From positions 7,117,677-7,181,676 of the forward strand of contig CM082592.2 in the NCBI GenBank assembly GCA_040954595.2: a stretch of DNA of 64,000 nt. The letters run 5' to 3'. The stretch comes from Balanoglossus misakiensis. Taxonomy: Eukaryota > Animalia > Hemichordata. Each line of letters starts with the position of its first letter. Position 1 is the first letter of the stretch. Positions 13,351 through 28,300 of this stretch are shown here, piece by piece. The notes beneath the pieces are model-generated. The model did not search any database. It saw only the letters and a program-made list of their open reading frames with translations, and was not told the origin of the DNA. A program made the translations under genes and the position numbers.

Positions 13351-16300
13351 CTACTGGGTCGAACCACTACTTCCGGGGTTCTGTGGTCGTCTCACAGCTT
13401 GAGCTGCCTGCTCCGGTACCAGTGATGGGTCAGACAGGATAGAAGTGGTCGTACTTAGTTGCCGTAGTGATGACAGCACGGCTGTAAGCAAAAAAACATT
13501 GACTTAGAGTAAGACGCAACTTTCCTGAGAAATTCACACAAAGACATGTGATATCTCTTGTACGCTATAAGAGTGACCAGAAAACACGAAAGTATCGAAT
13601 TCTATTCTGAAATAAATAAAAGACATTTGATTTGTTTAGGCACACTGAATGATCCCAGAAATACCCCACCATACCTGTATTACTAGTATATAAAACAGTA
13701 CCAACATATTCAGCGAATCTGAATCTGGTGCAATACAAGATCCCTCTCTACTATGAGGACTCACCCGGTCTCAGTCTTGTGAGTGAGCAATGCTGGTCCA
13801 GCCACGCCAACACCGTCCTACACAGTTCATCCATGCTCGCTGTGGACACCATACCATTATAAGACTCAAACAGCGGACGTATGATAATACTGAACTGGGA
13901 CAGAGTTAAGGTTTACAACATTTCTGCAGAATCAGCTGGGGCATACTCAGAAAGGACAATATCTCTTAAGTGATAATATGTGTTTATATAACATCTTTAC
14001 CAAAGGTATGGGGATATGCATTGGTACACATATTAGGACCAATGGTAACACAATTTCTCAAGATTTTACAAATGGCAATTTTTTATTTTCTGTCGATAGC
14101 AGGGGCTTTGGCTATAAACAGTGCAAATAATGTATTGCTAGATTGGGATCAGAGGTTAAAGGTTAAAGGATACGATCCAAAACTTCCAATTCTGTCCCGT
14201 CCTCGTCTGCACATACTCGTCAAACATGGCACTCATTTGATCAAAGCGTTGCTTTGTGACTGGCACTCCGGTGGCTGGCAGCTGAGCCTGGGTGTTGCTG
14301 GAAAATGAAAGAGAAGAAGACATGTAAAATGTTCAGTCAGGTTCCTGCAAAGGTATCAAGTCAGACCTCCCCCCTAGAACTGTAGGAAGGGAGAGGGGGC
14401 ATACAATTCTCTTTATTACACAGCATCCCAGATGAAACTCTGAGCACAGACTGACTTACTTGATAGCAGCATTCAGTTTCTGTATTTCAGTTCTCAGACC
14501 AGCAGCTTCATCTTGCATCTTACCGCGCTCGTTTTTCAGTTTGGTGGTAAATTCAACGGCTGCATCGTAAAAACAAATAATTTGCCCATGAGTAATTACA
14601 AGTAATGATGTTTCATATTGTCAACACAATATCGTTTTAGAACATACATCATAAATTCCTGCAACAGTCCAGACACACTTTGAAATGACCACTGCAGGGA
14701 AATAACCCGAAAAAAATTCTCACCTTTCTGTAACATTGAGGCTTTGCTGACTTTCTGGTTGGGATTCTGGTTCAAAGCTGGAATCAGGTTTTGCAACATG
14801 TCGAATCCGGCCTACAACATGAACAACATAACGTAAATTTTATATCTTTACAAACATGAGAATTAACAGGAACACAGAAGAAACGTTCTAAAGCAAACTG
14901 TTTATTGGAATAAGTGCCCCGGGAGCGAAATTCCCCCTAAATACCCCTATCTCACCTTAATGTTGACTCTCCGTTTCTGTTCAGCCGAGATATGTGATGT
15001 TCTTCTGGTGTCTGATGTCTGAAAGTACCAAACACAAGACACTTTTCTATTAACAGATTTAAACCATGCATACATTCTACGTGGAATGCTATAAACACAA
15101 TCTAGCTCCCTATGTTTTTTTCAAATAGATAAATAAATAAATACCTTTATTTCATCATCCTCTTCATCATCAATTGTATTGCTTGTAAAGTTTTCCTGTT
15201 GAATAATTCAGTTATACAAACATGTCAATTTGTACCATCCACAGTGAAACCTGCCTAATCTGGAACCTGTGATTACTGAAAGACCTAAGTTCCTGCATTG
15301 ACAATGATTGTGTCTACATTGAGCATAAAAAGGTTGAGATAACACGCTTTACAAAAGATTGCAGGGACATTTGTGGCTTCTATGTTGCTTGTCACATGTC
15401 CCAAAGTCTCAACACTGGGTCATTAACACAAGACACCCACCTCAAGCTCTACTGCGTTGACCGTCGATGTGGAAGAGTTCGCAGCATCATTGCTGAACAA
15501 AGTGGAAGTGGTTGGAGATGGGCTGTCTGACATCAGTGAACCTGTGTGAGCCAAAAATAAAAGACTGTCAATCACGCACAGAGCAAAGAGACATGGTTAA
15601 AGCCCCACTAGCTGCCATTTATTGAATTATTTTCATGAGTTTACTTTCAAACTTAGCAAGACTGACGTACCTTTGACAGTGGAGGAAGCCTGTGGAGTGG
15701 CAGTTGTGATTGTATTTGCATTGGTGACGACCGAACTCGACTTGACAGTCACTTCGCTCACTCTCCCCACAGGACTGGTGGCAGTATTTGCTGCGGGGCT
15801 GGACAGCAGCAAGGTGCTCGACAGGTCACCCAGCTGGCTTCCCTGGAAGAAGTAGTACAGAAAGCCAATGTTACAGACTATTTCTACTCCCAGAATGTAT
15901 ATCCTAACATCTAAATTGCATATATATTCAACCACTTGATTTGCCCTGTAGTACAAATCTGAATATCACATGATTCTGTGATACTACCAACAGTTTCTCT
16001 TTTACACACTCACCGAAATAATAAGTCCCGGTTGCGTCGACGATAGAGTGGACTGCAGATTCGACGTGTTCATTGCACAGCTGCCACCTGTGTTGCTATT
16101 TAACTCCGTCTTGATTGGCTGCAACAGAACCGTGGTGCTGGTGGTACCAGGTGGCGCAGTGGCAACAGTGGTTGGTGTTGAAATGGCGTGCACGCCCACT
16201 TGTCCAGGGTACGTACCTTCAAACACAAGCAGTGATTAGTACGGTATAATTTTTTCCCCGCAACTACATATAAACATTCCCATAATTAATGGCTGTAATC

Positions 16301-19300
16301 TAAGTAACTGTTTCTGGGCAAAATTCTACAAACAGCCTGGTGGGTAAGATGGTAGGCTTATTACACAACAATATTGTTTGTCTTGACAAGTCATATAGAA
16401 GAACTCACCTGTGGTCAGCAGCTGAGCCAGAAAAGCATTGTTGGATGCAGACGCAGTTGAGACGGTTATTCCAGCATTGGCCACAGTGGTCAGAATGGCC
16501 GGTGAAGGAGCCGGCGCTATCTTCATGGGCTGCTTGGGCCTGACTGGGCTGGCCTTGGTCTTCCCGCCGCTGGACTGACTCTGGGTGGATCCCCCGCTGC
16601 CTCGTCGATTCCTGCTGTTTGACGACACAGCCTGCTGCTGCTGTTGCTGGGGCACAGTGGGCAACACAACTGTGGCTGGGGCAACTGTCGTGGCCACCAC
16701 CGCCGTCGGGAAAGCTTGCTGCTGCGTAGCCTGTTGCTGCTGCTGCTGCTGCTGAGCTGGCTGCTGTGGTTGCAGCAACCCTTGGGTGATGACCGGCTGT
16801 TGCAGCGTGGCCGCCTGCAGCTGGGCCTGCAGCACGGGCTGGGTGGTCAGCGTCGGTTGGTGCGGCGTGTTCGTCACCTGAACCGTCTGTGGCAAGGTTT
16901 GCGAGATCTGCGTGATTTGCTGCGAAATGGGACTGGGCTGTGTTAATGAGCTCTGAGTTACCTGAGTCTGTTGGGAAGCAACTGGGGCCAACGTAAAGCC
17001 AGCGGCCCTTTGAGTCCTGCTTTGGGCCAGAAGTTCACTTACTAAAGGTTTCTTTTCAGGTCTGGCAAAAGTCTGGGGCTGAATCTGAGCGAAGTTCTGC
17101 GACTGCCTTCCTGACGCAAGCTCAATGGCCTGCTGCAGCAGGCTGATGGCCTGCGACTGTCCGGTCAAATCTTGAGCCTGCTGCATCTGTGGCTGCTGCT
17201 GTCCAAGACCGAAGCCCCCCACTGTGAACTGCTGCTGCGGCTGCTGGGTCTGCTGGTTCAAGTTCAAACCGGACTGCAACAGCTGGTTGGTCGTCGTCTT
17301 CTGCTGCTGCAGCAGCGGCGGGGTCTGCGACAACAGGCTGGGTATCTGCGTCACCACAGTGAAGGCGGAGCCCGACTTCACCTGATTGACCTGTATTGTG
17401 GCCGGCTGCGAGAGCTGCGCCGTCAGAGGCTGGAACTGCAGACTGGAGGACAGCGACGACAGATTGGTGGGCGGGCTCGAGGCCAGCAATCCCGGCGTCG
17501 CCTGGTCACTGGTAATGTTCCCGGTCAGAAACGACGACGGTATGGACATCGGTGTCGTGATAAACTGCTGCAGCGTGGTTCCGGCCGCCTGTAGCTGTGA
17601 TTGGGCTTGTGGTGCCTGCTGCTGCAGTTGCTGTTGTTGTTGCTGCTGCTCTGTCCCTGTCAACTGATTGATGGCTTCCTCCAACGGCATGTTAACTGGC
17701 TGTGACAGTGCATTATCCTCAAACGCCAAATTGCTGTCATTTCCAGTCAACTGAAAAGCGAACAATGTGGGGGGAAAAGCCTTTCCTTAATACTGTAGTC
17801 ATTGCCAACAATGCATCTGATTTCAACAGTTCCTCCGATACACAAAGTCTAGACTATGTTCTTACCGCTCGACTAAAATATCATGCATGTCATCTTTATC
17901 ATATGCATCAGAGTTGCTCACAACTTCACTATCCTGGAGTCAGTGCTTTAAGTACATTTTTAAAATTGACATAATGCGGCAAAATTTGCAGCTAAATCAA
18001 ATTTCCAGGTTTCACAAGAGTGAATTCCATGGATAACAATCTCACCTGGAGCTGAGAGGGCTGCTGTTGCTGTGAAGTGCTCATGTCCGACAGGAAATTG
18101 GTGTTGTTGCCCATGAATACAAACGTCCCAGGAATCTGGTTCACACTATTCTGTACTTTTTCCAAAAAATCTAGTGAGGAAAAATAAAACACACACAAAT
18201 TAGCAAATGTTTCACAAGTAAACTTTTCAATGGTATCATGGTGTTGGGACAGTTACCCCTTCAATATTTGCACCCAGTTAGGGTTAGGGATTTCCACTTT
18301 CACCCACCAGACACATAGCACTTTAACCATTGAACCTGGTTAGGGTTAGGGATTTCAACATTTACCCAACAGACACATAGCACTTTTACCATTGCACCTG
18401 GTAAGGGTTAGGGATTTCCACCGGCAAGTTAGTGTCACGGATAGGGGTGTTGCTGGTGTATTATGTCCAGTAGATGTACAACAAAACTTTTCTATTGATT
18501 TACCTTGCAGTGGCTCAAATGTTGTGTCCATGAAATCTTCATCCAGATTTGGCTGCAACTGAACCAGTCCGGGCTGAATCATGTCTGCATTACCTGCATG
18601 TGCTTAAAAGAGAGTACAATTAGTGTATGGATAGACGGGGGCTGCTCAGGGGGTGCTGTTCTTTGTCCCAGGTGGTCCAGTTTGTAACACCATCCATACA
18701 CCTGGTATATATTTGACAGGGCGTTTTAACGAGAATTTGACCAATCAAAGATAATTTCACACTATTATAAAACAGCATTTAAAGGAAGCAATGATAGTAT
18801 GCAAAGCAAATACAATTTTGTAGGATTTCCCCAGGACTCAATTTCATTTTTCCAGGACTTTCAAGAACCTTCCAAGATAATTCCGGGAAATTTCCGGGAT
18901 TTTGCTTGCAGGAGCACACATAACAACCCTCCCACACTCAGCCACTCATCACAGAATTACCTATTTCCCTCGGATTGGGAAACGAGAACGGCTGATTGGA
19001 GAGACTGGAGAACAAGGTGTCGGTGAATTCACTCAGCAGATCGTGATCGCTGTCTATGATCATCGGCGACGGGTTGGGCTGCGTTGTCGGAGTGTACAGC
19101 AAGTTGCCTTCCGCTTCTTTCGTTTGCTCCACCAGCTCCGCACGCTGCAAGACACAAACCGAGACACATGATGCACATGTAGAGATGTGTTACTTTAATA
19201 AAGACATATCACCTGTCCACCAAACTGTTTTATTCAGTGGGACACTTTCATTATTGGTCATTTGTTTGACATCACAAATCACACCACAGTCACCATTTTG

Positions 19301-22300
19301 TAACAGACAAAAGCAATGTTTTCATTCGCATGTCGCTAAAATCTCAGCACCGTCTTCTCCGACTACATATGGAATTTGACTTACATTTTTAAGCTCCAGC
19401 ATCTCATTATCCTGGGGATCTTTGCTGTTCTTTTCCTTGAAAAATATCCTCCATCTTTTGTACTCTTGGACCACTGTGTCCAGCGTCCTCTTCCAGTACT
19501 TGCCTTCCAGAACCACTGCCTGCAAGACAAATATCACTCTCCAGTTAATCGAACGCCTGTCTCAACATCCCTCACAGCAATAAACCCTTTCACCACCATG
19601 GTTTGGTCCAAGTCCATTGTTTTCTTCTAAAGGGTTGAACCCCTAAAGAGGGAACTGGGGGTGAAAGGGTCAAACGAGACAAAACATATCTTCAGCTTTA
19701 GGGACAATGTATTATTATTGTATACTTTTGGTCTGTACTTCATATGCAGCAAAGAATTTACCTGGGGATTTGCAGTGCCATATGGGGCAACTATAGCGTG
19801 GCTACTGCCTTTTCAAAAAAAACAATTAATAACACTAGCCAGTGAAAACATGCGGTAAAATCTACGTCAACCAAATCCTGTCTTTTCTAGAAACCCAAAC
19901 CTGTCTATACGGAACACATTTTCAAATCCCATTTATATAAGACTGTTAATGGTCCCCAGGTAACACTTCTCAATTCGAAAAAAAAAATTCAGTCCATTTT
20001 AGTGTTTTGATGCAGGGTTTATGATAAATTTTCACAGCAAAGAGGAATAACCACTACGAACAGTCAATATTTACCGACAAGCACCTCAAACAGCAATATT
20101 GCACGTCCACAAAAGTGAAACTAAATGCCCTGCAGTCATAAACCATCTTTAATACGCGCATGCATGTGTCAATAAATAAAACCACAATCTTCTTTTTCTG
20201 AGAGAAAAATACATGGACCCAAAGAAAGAAACTTAAATCTTGGTTTATAACAACATAAACCGGTGTAAGTAATTACCTCAATTTAGCATGTTTGGTGTTT
20301 TTAAATGGCTATGCTGGCTCATCTCAAGTATGACTTTTGTATATGAATGATGATGACAACATTTGCACAGAATAAGACTTAGAATTTGATGATTTATAGT
20401 GTGAATTTTTGTGCATTTTTCTATTCTTTCCTCACAATATTCCCCAACATCAACGCAGAGCTAATTAGCAATATACAATATACCCACTATTGTTGCTAGT
20501 CACATGACGAGACAGACCGCCTACCGGGGAGACTTCTGTGTCAATGCAAATGATGTGCTGACAATACAAAGTCTGCAGGCTGCAGAAGCATGATGTAACG
20601 TGACATTATTGTCAACAAGCATCATTACTGAACAAGAGACGGCCATATGGTACATGTCGATATCAACAGGTACTATATCGCTGACGAGCTGTCTGGTCTA
20701 TCAGCCACACCGTATCATTGGACATCAGTTTCATCCATGTTGATCTCAAGGGTACGGTTGGCTCTATGTTATCCCAAACGACCCTCAATAAACTATTATG
20801 TTCTGGTGATGGAAACTGCTGTTACAGTACAATAGATGCAAACCGCTGCAGTCAGTCTACATCACAGCACTTTAATGACCACACACTTGTGCTAATTTGC
20901 TATCTAAGCAAAACCCGGGCTGTCCCGAGACACGGAAATGAAATTAGCCTACTCCCCAAATTAGATCACAGTACATGTGTGCACTGTATCTAGGGTGTAC
21001 CGTCTCCAGTCAACAGTGCCCAATGGCATGCTAATCAGATCACAGATGATCTCCAGGCTGTCAATTTGTACATCTTATCCTCGAATTTGAAAAGGGCACC
21101 GTGTGTTACAGTCACTTCGACTGTATTCCTTGCCTTGGAGTGTTGTTCACACTGTGCATACCAATAAGCTGATCTCGTCAAGGGGTACACTCAATATTGC
21201 TGGGAGTCATTTACATTAAATATCTTATGTTTTACGGATTATACATTGAAGAACATCATTATGGATTATTAGGAAGATCAGACTGTCATGCTTTCTGTTT
21301 GACCACAGTACAGTCCACCATGGTATACCTGACTGACTGAATATTATGCAGTACCAATAGCAGTACGAGAGTTTGCCATCTTAGCTAAATTATTTATGTC
21401 ATTATAAAATCAAATATCAGAAATCAATTAACAAAATGTGCTAGTATTCAGACTTAAGCTGTAACGTGCTTTCTGTTCCTTAGCTTACATTAATTACAGC
21501 TGAAAAAGTTCACTGCTTCATTGAACACATTTCATCATGCGTATCCTCCAGTCTTTTATCACAGCACTGAAATTTAACAAGCCTCTCGCTGATTGCACAA
21601 CATGGGTGGAAACCCTAGGCGGCAACCAATCATGTAGCATGTTACATAACTCGCACACATTTCTTTCACACACCACTGGTGAAATCAAACGCACATCACC
21701 AATCACTTTGAAATTAACAAGACAAAAGTGGGTGCAGTTTATTATAGAATAAATTATTGGTGATAAATCAGTAGGATTTTCTAAAGGAGAGAAAGAAATG
21801 GTCAAAATCAGGAAAAATATTGTTAGTACGATAACAAAAAGGATAAAGGAGAAAATCGGACATACTTGCTCTGCTTTGGTTGTCAGCCATGCAGCTTGTG
21901 CTAATTCATCGACACACTACGTACAAAGAAATACAGAGATAACATGGTGAGAAGTTTACTTGCACGTAGTACAAGGTGTGGTCTCAAGGGGACACGTGAT
22001 ATCAAGTGTCTGTGTACGTACATGTAAGATTGTTAATACCGTCAAAAGAAAATCACCTTATTCACCATAAGAATCTTAGAAAATACAGAGATAAATTCTG
22101 TTACATTTCAAAAGTAAAAGGGACAGTATTTGCGAATCAAATTCATTCTACAAATGACAGTTAAATGCCATCGTCTCTATTATTTACACCCAAAGTTTAT
22201 TCTCTGAAGATGAGCCGGTTTACATGCAAGCAAATGATACATGCACACAGAACCAGAATCCATCTTACAGCACCATTCAGTGCTCTTTTCCAACACCATG

Positions 22301-25300
22301 ATGCATCGGACATCAACGTTTGTTGTTTCGATACCACTGTACAACACCACAGATAAACACAAATATCTACCAATCATCAATAAAGACCTTGTATTGTTCA
22401 AAAACGTTTTCTGAACTCTTCATTGAATAATGTCAAGGCCAAGTTCAATGAATCAGAAAATCTAGGTCACACAACACATTACACTGTTTTGATGGTGGAA
22501 GTACAAGTGCTTTCATCAGAGATAGTGCACTTTTTTATCCTTTTTATTTCAGATGTTTTTTTATGTTGTGACATTTTGCAAGGGAGGACTGTGAATCGAT
22601 GAATAGCCCTGCCACTCCAAAGAAAGTTGGGCATGGCATGTGTCCTAATTAGAGCTGTCATCTACAATTTCTCGTTGCCAAACGTTGTTTTCAGTGATTG
22701 TTTTGACTCAAGGCGGTATGACCGGGTTAATTACGCATTTCCATTTTGCTGAGGGGGAGATGAATTCGACAAGGATTCATGATTTGGTCCAAGTGTTCAC
22801 ACACACTTTAATACATTTGTATTCCAGTTTAAATGTTGAATCTACAACATATTTGATTTCCATACATATTTGTTTGTCTAAATGTGTATATCTCTCAGGC
22901 ATTAATTATGGAGTCCAAGAGAATATGTCATTTCTGTCTGTTGAAATGTCAACAATATGTCACAGTTTGATAAAATTCTCACGGGGAAGTTGATATCTTG
23001 TAATGTATTCTTGCTTATCAAATGTCCCCAGTTGTGTTGCTGCTTCTGGTATTTGCAAACTATTATCAAACCATAATATTGTTTGGATAGAATTCTCATA
23101 TTAAAGGACAGACTCAGAAGACCTTAATTTCTTTTTTATGACTTACCCTGAAAGCAAGGCAATTTCTGCTAATGTTAACAAATTGAAGGGTTATACCGGT
23201 TATGAATACTGCTCTATATCTGAGGCATAACGATTACGACAGTCTGCTGCATATATTCATATTCTTAATGTGTCTCAAGGATTCAATAAACATTAATCCC
23301 CAATGTAAATTTTTTTTAAATAAATAAAATACTGTGCATTTTATTAAAATGCTATCATATGCGATTCTATTTTTAATGGACTTTCTGCGCATTTCATTGT
23401 GCTTTCAAATGTCCATTCTCTCATTTTAAGCGTGATGCTGACTCAAAATTTAGTCACCAATAGTTCATTTTTTCTGCGTACAATCAGCATTTTTGAATAA
23501 AAGTAGGACAGACTTGATGAAAGGGGACCCTGAACAATAACCATTTTTATTTATTACTAACCTTCATGGCCGATTAAAATACAGCTACTGATATTAGATT
23601 CAGCTCACTGCAAATTGATGTCGGCTATTTGTATGTACATATCACACAATGCCCCAAGCAGCGAAGGCAGTGCTGTATCACAGTTTCAAATAACATTTCA
23701 GTCTTCAGAAATTGTCGACTATAAACACGTCAATTTCCTCTGTTGCCATGAATTCTCTCTCTCTCAAGTAAAACATTTTGACTGAAGTAATTTTTCACAA
23801 CACATTCAGCTTCCTGGATTGACGGCTCCTGAATCTCACTCACTTTAATTACTTTTTAACAATACGCAGAAAATGCAATTCAAGCGTTTGAGTTATTTAC
23901 AGACACAGAGAGAGAGAAAGACGAGGAGCCACTCTGTATTGAACAGCTACATGCATTTGTCTCACAACCTTCATCTTTTTTGTATGACAGATCCTGGAAA
24001 GCCAAGTGCTTGAAAAGAGACAGGAAATGGGCATAATGGCATCTCTACTTTGATTTAGATAATCCTCAAGAGTCTCGATGCAGGGAGTTCGATCGCTGGA
24101 GTGCACACACAGGCTCCGGTCTTAATATTGAGAAATATAAAACACTTGAATCTGGCACAGTGCATTAACAGTGCCCACGCAATGACGTGCAGTAGCACCT
24201 ACATTGTCATGCAGGAAAGTCAGATGGGAAGAAAGAGGTTGACCTACATCTCAGAGGCTTTTTCACAATCGCCGCTGTAATTCGATAAATTTGCATCACG
24301 ACAGCAAAATAGAGAGTATTATGCCTTTCAAATACTTGACAAATATCTTGTCTGGGGGCAATTACAAGAGATAATATTGAACACCGTTTGTTGGAGGAAT
24401 TGGCGCCTTCCCCAGGAATCAAGTTTTTTTGACATTCAGTGAATGTCGCATCGTTCAGCGCATTAAGTACATGTATTCCGTGACAAAATAATCATATTGT
24501 GATCCAAGGCTTGATGTATGCATGATTTAAAAAGAAATTAAGCCTTACCTGTGTTGTGGCATGGATGTGATCAGTGTGTGGCGTCGCGAATTGGCAAACA
24601 ACTGGCTTCTTATTTTGTTTGACTGAAACGTGAAACAATACAAATATAAAATGTGAATAGCTTAAAGGGTAGATCAACGTCAACTGAAGTGACATCAGTG
24701 TGGTGATAAAAAATAGACGATGTCATTCTTTGAAGAAAAAAGTCTCAAAACAGCGCTGCCAGAATACAGAGTGTACTCTTCTTTGTTTGAGCAGTCGCGG
24801 CAATATTACAAAGTTTGCCATGCCTGTTGAAAATTACACAATGCCGTTTTGTTTGGCTCTGTCTGAGGAGGTAGGTGTTCCCTGACCCTAGCGTTTGAGT
24901 GTGGGGGCAGAAATATCAATACCGCTTTGTACTGGGGTTGTTTCCAGGGCGAGATGAACTGCTATGAATATGTTGAGAGTGGTCAGAGTGTCAACAAGAA
25001 TGTGTGCGGTATCTGTTTGTCCAGTGTCCTGGTTTTACTCTGAACTGCAGATTTTGAACAGAAGTAGGTCAGTCTTTCCATGTGAAAAAGAAAAAAAAAA
25101 CTTGCTCAAAGTATAAATAGAGTAAAACCTGTTTAAACTGGACCCGAAAGGCTTGGAGAATTTTGTCACCTCACAAAGGTGTCCAGTTTATACAGGTTCT
25201 TTTATGAACATGTGGTTGTGTGTGAAAGGCGCTGGAAATGTATTTGGTATAGACAGGTATAACGTTTCCCAGACAAAAACGAACACCAGCAGAAAGTCGC

Positions 25301-28300
25301 AAACATGCAGCCTACACTAAAAGAAACTTACACTGTATGTGCCAGGCCCTCCAAATGGCATTATTTAACCTAATCTTGTCTGAAATATTCAGCTTCATTC
25401 CCTTGAAAGTCTTCCATTTTGGAGACACCACGTTGCCACTGCAGAGAGATGAAAGTAATAGTACAACGTTAATATAAATCTGTCTTTAAGGCTTCATGAT
25501 TCTTGTAGAAACGAAAACCTCATCAGTTTGCATATATATTGGATAACTTGGGATGACTTTTATTGAGGGCAGACCTATGTCGTTTCAGAATAAACACAAT
25601 TTTTGCCCTATATACAAGGGAATTCTGCTTTTGTGGGGGCTGTGGCTGTACAGCTATTATTCATCTAATAATATGTGCACATTGCACCCTTGGTAAATCC
25701 ACATTCAGAAATCCGTACCATCCACAAAGCTGGTACTTCCGCAAAGCTGTGAACTTTGACCAGCTGTATAGTTTGTCATGACATGCCAGAGCATGAACTG
25801 CAACTGATAAATGTACACCAAACATAGCAAGTCTCAAGCCACTGTCTGTCTAGTATTCAGTAAAGAAATCCACTTGTATCAGTCAAGTACATGCGATATC
25901 AGATGCTACACACATCTGTTCGCTTGACATGTGTGACATCTGTGAAATTCCATTCCCGTGATTCAAGTGCGTTAATATATGAACATGAAACTGACTGTAT
26001 GCACAGACTGGGCCATCATACATGTACACATCCCAGTCAAGATTAACAACATATGTCAAAATTAGGTAATAACAATATATGACCTTGTCAATGTTGAGAC
26101 TGCATACTGTCAATTCATGTTAAGGCAGATACTGACAGATCAGATGAAATGCTTTGGCAGAGAAATCTCCTGCTTTTGTGCAGCAGCAAAAATGGGCAAT
26201 AAAATCCTGGTAATTAAAATACTGCAATGTGGAACTGTATTTCTTATTCTGAACACGTTTGACATCTATGAAGGATGGCTGATTTTATTCACTTGTTTGT
26301 ACATGTATGCCGCCACGTGTATTTCAGAATTTCAACTCCAATTTCTCTGAAGTCGGATAACCCCAGTCAACTACCTTCACAATGGAGAAGTTTTTGATTC
26401 CAACATATCTCAGCCCACTTGCTGAGGTTGTGTGTGTGTGATCACGTACAGCAACTGTGCAGCCAGTGACAGGGTTGCGACTGAGAGAGTCCAGTTGCCT
26501 CTACTAACAAAGATTGCTATTCTTAGGCATGCTGGAATATCGCCAGGGAAACTGATAGCCACGCATTTTTGAAATTCGTTTTTAATTTCTTACACTGTCT
26601 GTAAAAGTGTAACCACTTCTTGGAAGAAAACTTACGAATCACAGAAACCAGATAAGAACAGGATGGATTGAATTACTTCTTGGAAGTTGTATTTGTGTAA
26701 TCCCTGATAATGTCTGCCAACTTACACGCTGACAATCTTCCTGCGTACTTTCACAGCTGCAGGATCCCAAGCCAATTGTGACCCCAGGAGCCCAGGCACT
26801 GAGTTCATGCAGAGGCTATACAGACACATGACATGACATACTTTATTGTCAGTGCAAGTTACATCACTGGTATTGTGTGTCACGTACAGACATTATCTCA
26901 CTGAGTCTGTCTGTCGTACTGGGTCTAATACACCGCCTGCAAATTTCATTTTCTGATGCAGTATGTAAAATTAAAGTTCTGTATAAATTAAATATAACTG
27001 GTAGAACTTTATAAAACAGCACTTGTTCTTTGGTCATGTTTTATTCAACTGGGAGGCCTGGAAAAAAATGGTATCACACTTCAGATACACCCCTCAAAGC
27101 ATATTTCTGTTTCCAAGATTCGGGTACTAGCGTGGTTGACATAGTTTGGACCAACACCATGATATGGATTAGCCCATATCTTCTGGTTTTCTGGGACAGC
27201 TCATAATGGGATTACCTCAGACATAACGATCACCCAACTCGTATCATATTAAACATTAAATGATGGCTAATGAATACTTCGACATCACAGCTGCTTCAGG
27301 GGTCATGGAATTTTCGGAATATAAATTAAAACAAAACGCACAGTTGTGACGCATTTCAAATGACATTTTTACGTCCTGTGTGTTGGATATTTAATTAAGT
27401 ACAAAGTTCAGTATCATACCACTGGTAAAGCTCTCGACCGAATAAAGCGCAGTAAAATAGGTTGGGTCGATTAAAAGTATTGGCCAAACATACAACTCTA
27501 TAAAGACATGAACGCCACTCAATATTAACAGGTTACGTCAACAGAACGCAGACTGGCATGTTGACTTTCCATATGGGTGGGTCTGACCTTGAAAAAAACG
27601 TATGACAAGGTGGAATATCTTGGTTGACAGTGACACAATGGGGCATTATCAATTATTACACTTCCTGTAATATTTTAATATTTTCTGTGTCTCTTTGTGA
27701 AATATGAACATATGGTTTCCAAAAAAGATATGTACATTATCATTGGGTTTATCATAAAGGGAAAATGTTATGTGCAGAAATATTCTCTTTTTTTATGCTT
27801 ATTTTCACCTACCGCCGAAACTGAAATGCGTTCATGGTCAGTAAAGTAGGAACGTGCTCAAGGCTTAAGTACAGCAAGTCTTGAGCACTTTCCTACTTAA
27901 GTTCAGTTATTACTCGACAGGATTCTTTACTGTTTGTGGCAATTCTATCACTGGCCTTGTTGAGAATTTCCCATCTAAGCATCAAGGCTCAGCTGCCACC
28001 ATGTTTATTTTTAAATTATGACGATATATACAAATACAAACAAGGCTGACAAAAACAACAAATCAATTCATTTATAGAACAGAAGTACAGCCCTGGTCAA
28101 GCTGTTTTTATTTATCATAATATCCTTGCATACTTTCATGCGTCCACAACAGAGCGCGGAGATCAAGTTGGACAGTTGAATCAATCTCCACTTTCCTTCA
28201 TACATGTAGCTGCTTCATGATGAGCTTGACGTCATGGCAGCATTTCAATCTTGCTCAGAAGTTACATGTACAAATTTGGGGAAAAATTCTCAGACAACAT

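Noticed and set aside
16644-17667. Plus-strand Leu/Cys-rich ORFs
   Set aside because: These are antisense shadows of the Mondo CAG-rich exon.
21992-22008. Possible ChoRE (CACGTG...CAAGTG) for Mondo autoregulation
   Set aside because: The spacer is 4 nt rather than the required 5, and no convincing ChoRE was found by eye in the Mondo introns.
23141-23160. Minus-strand CTTTCAG-G-GTAAGT resembling a recursive splice site or microexon
   Set aside because: It is not the AG|GT zero-length pattern, a 1-nt exon would break the frame, and there is no supporting ORF.
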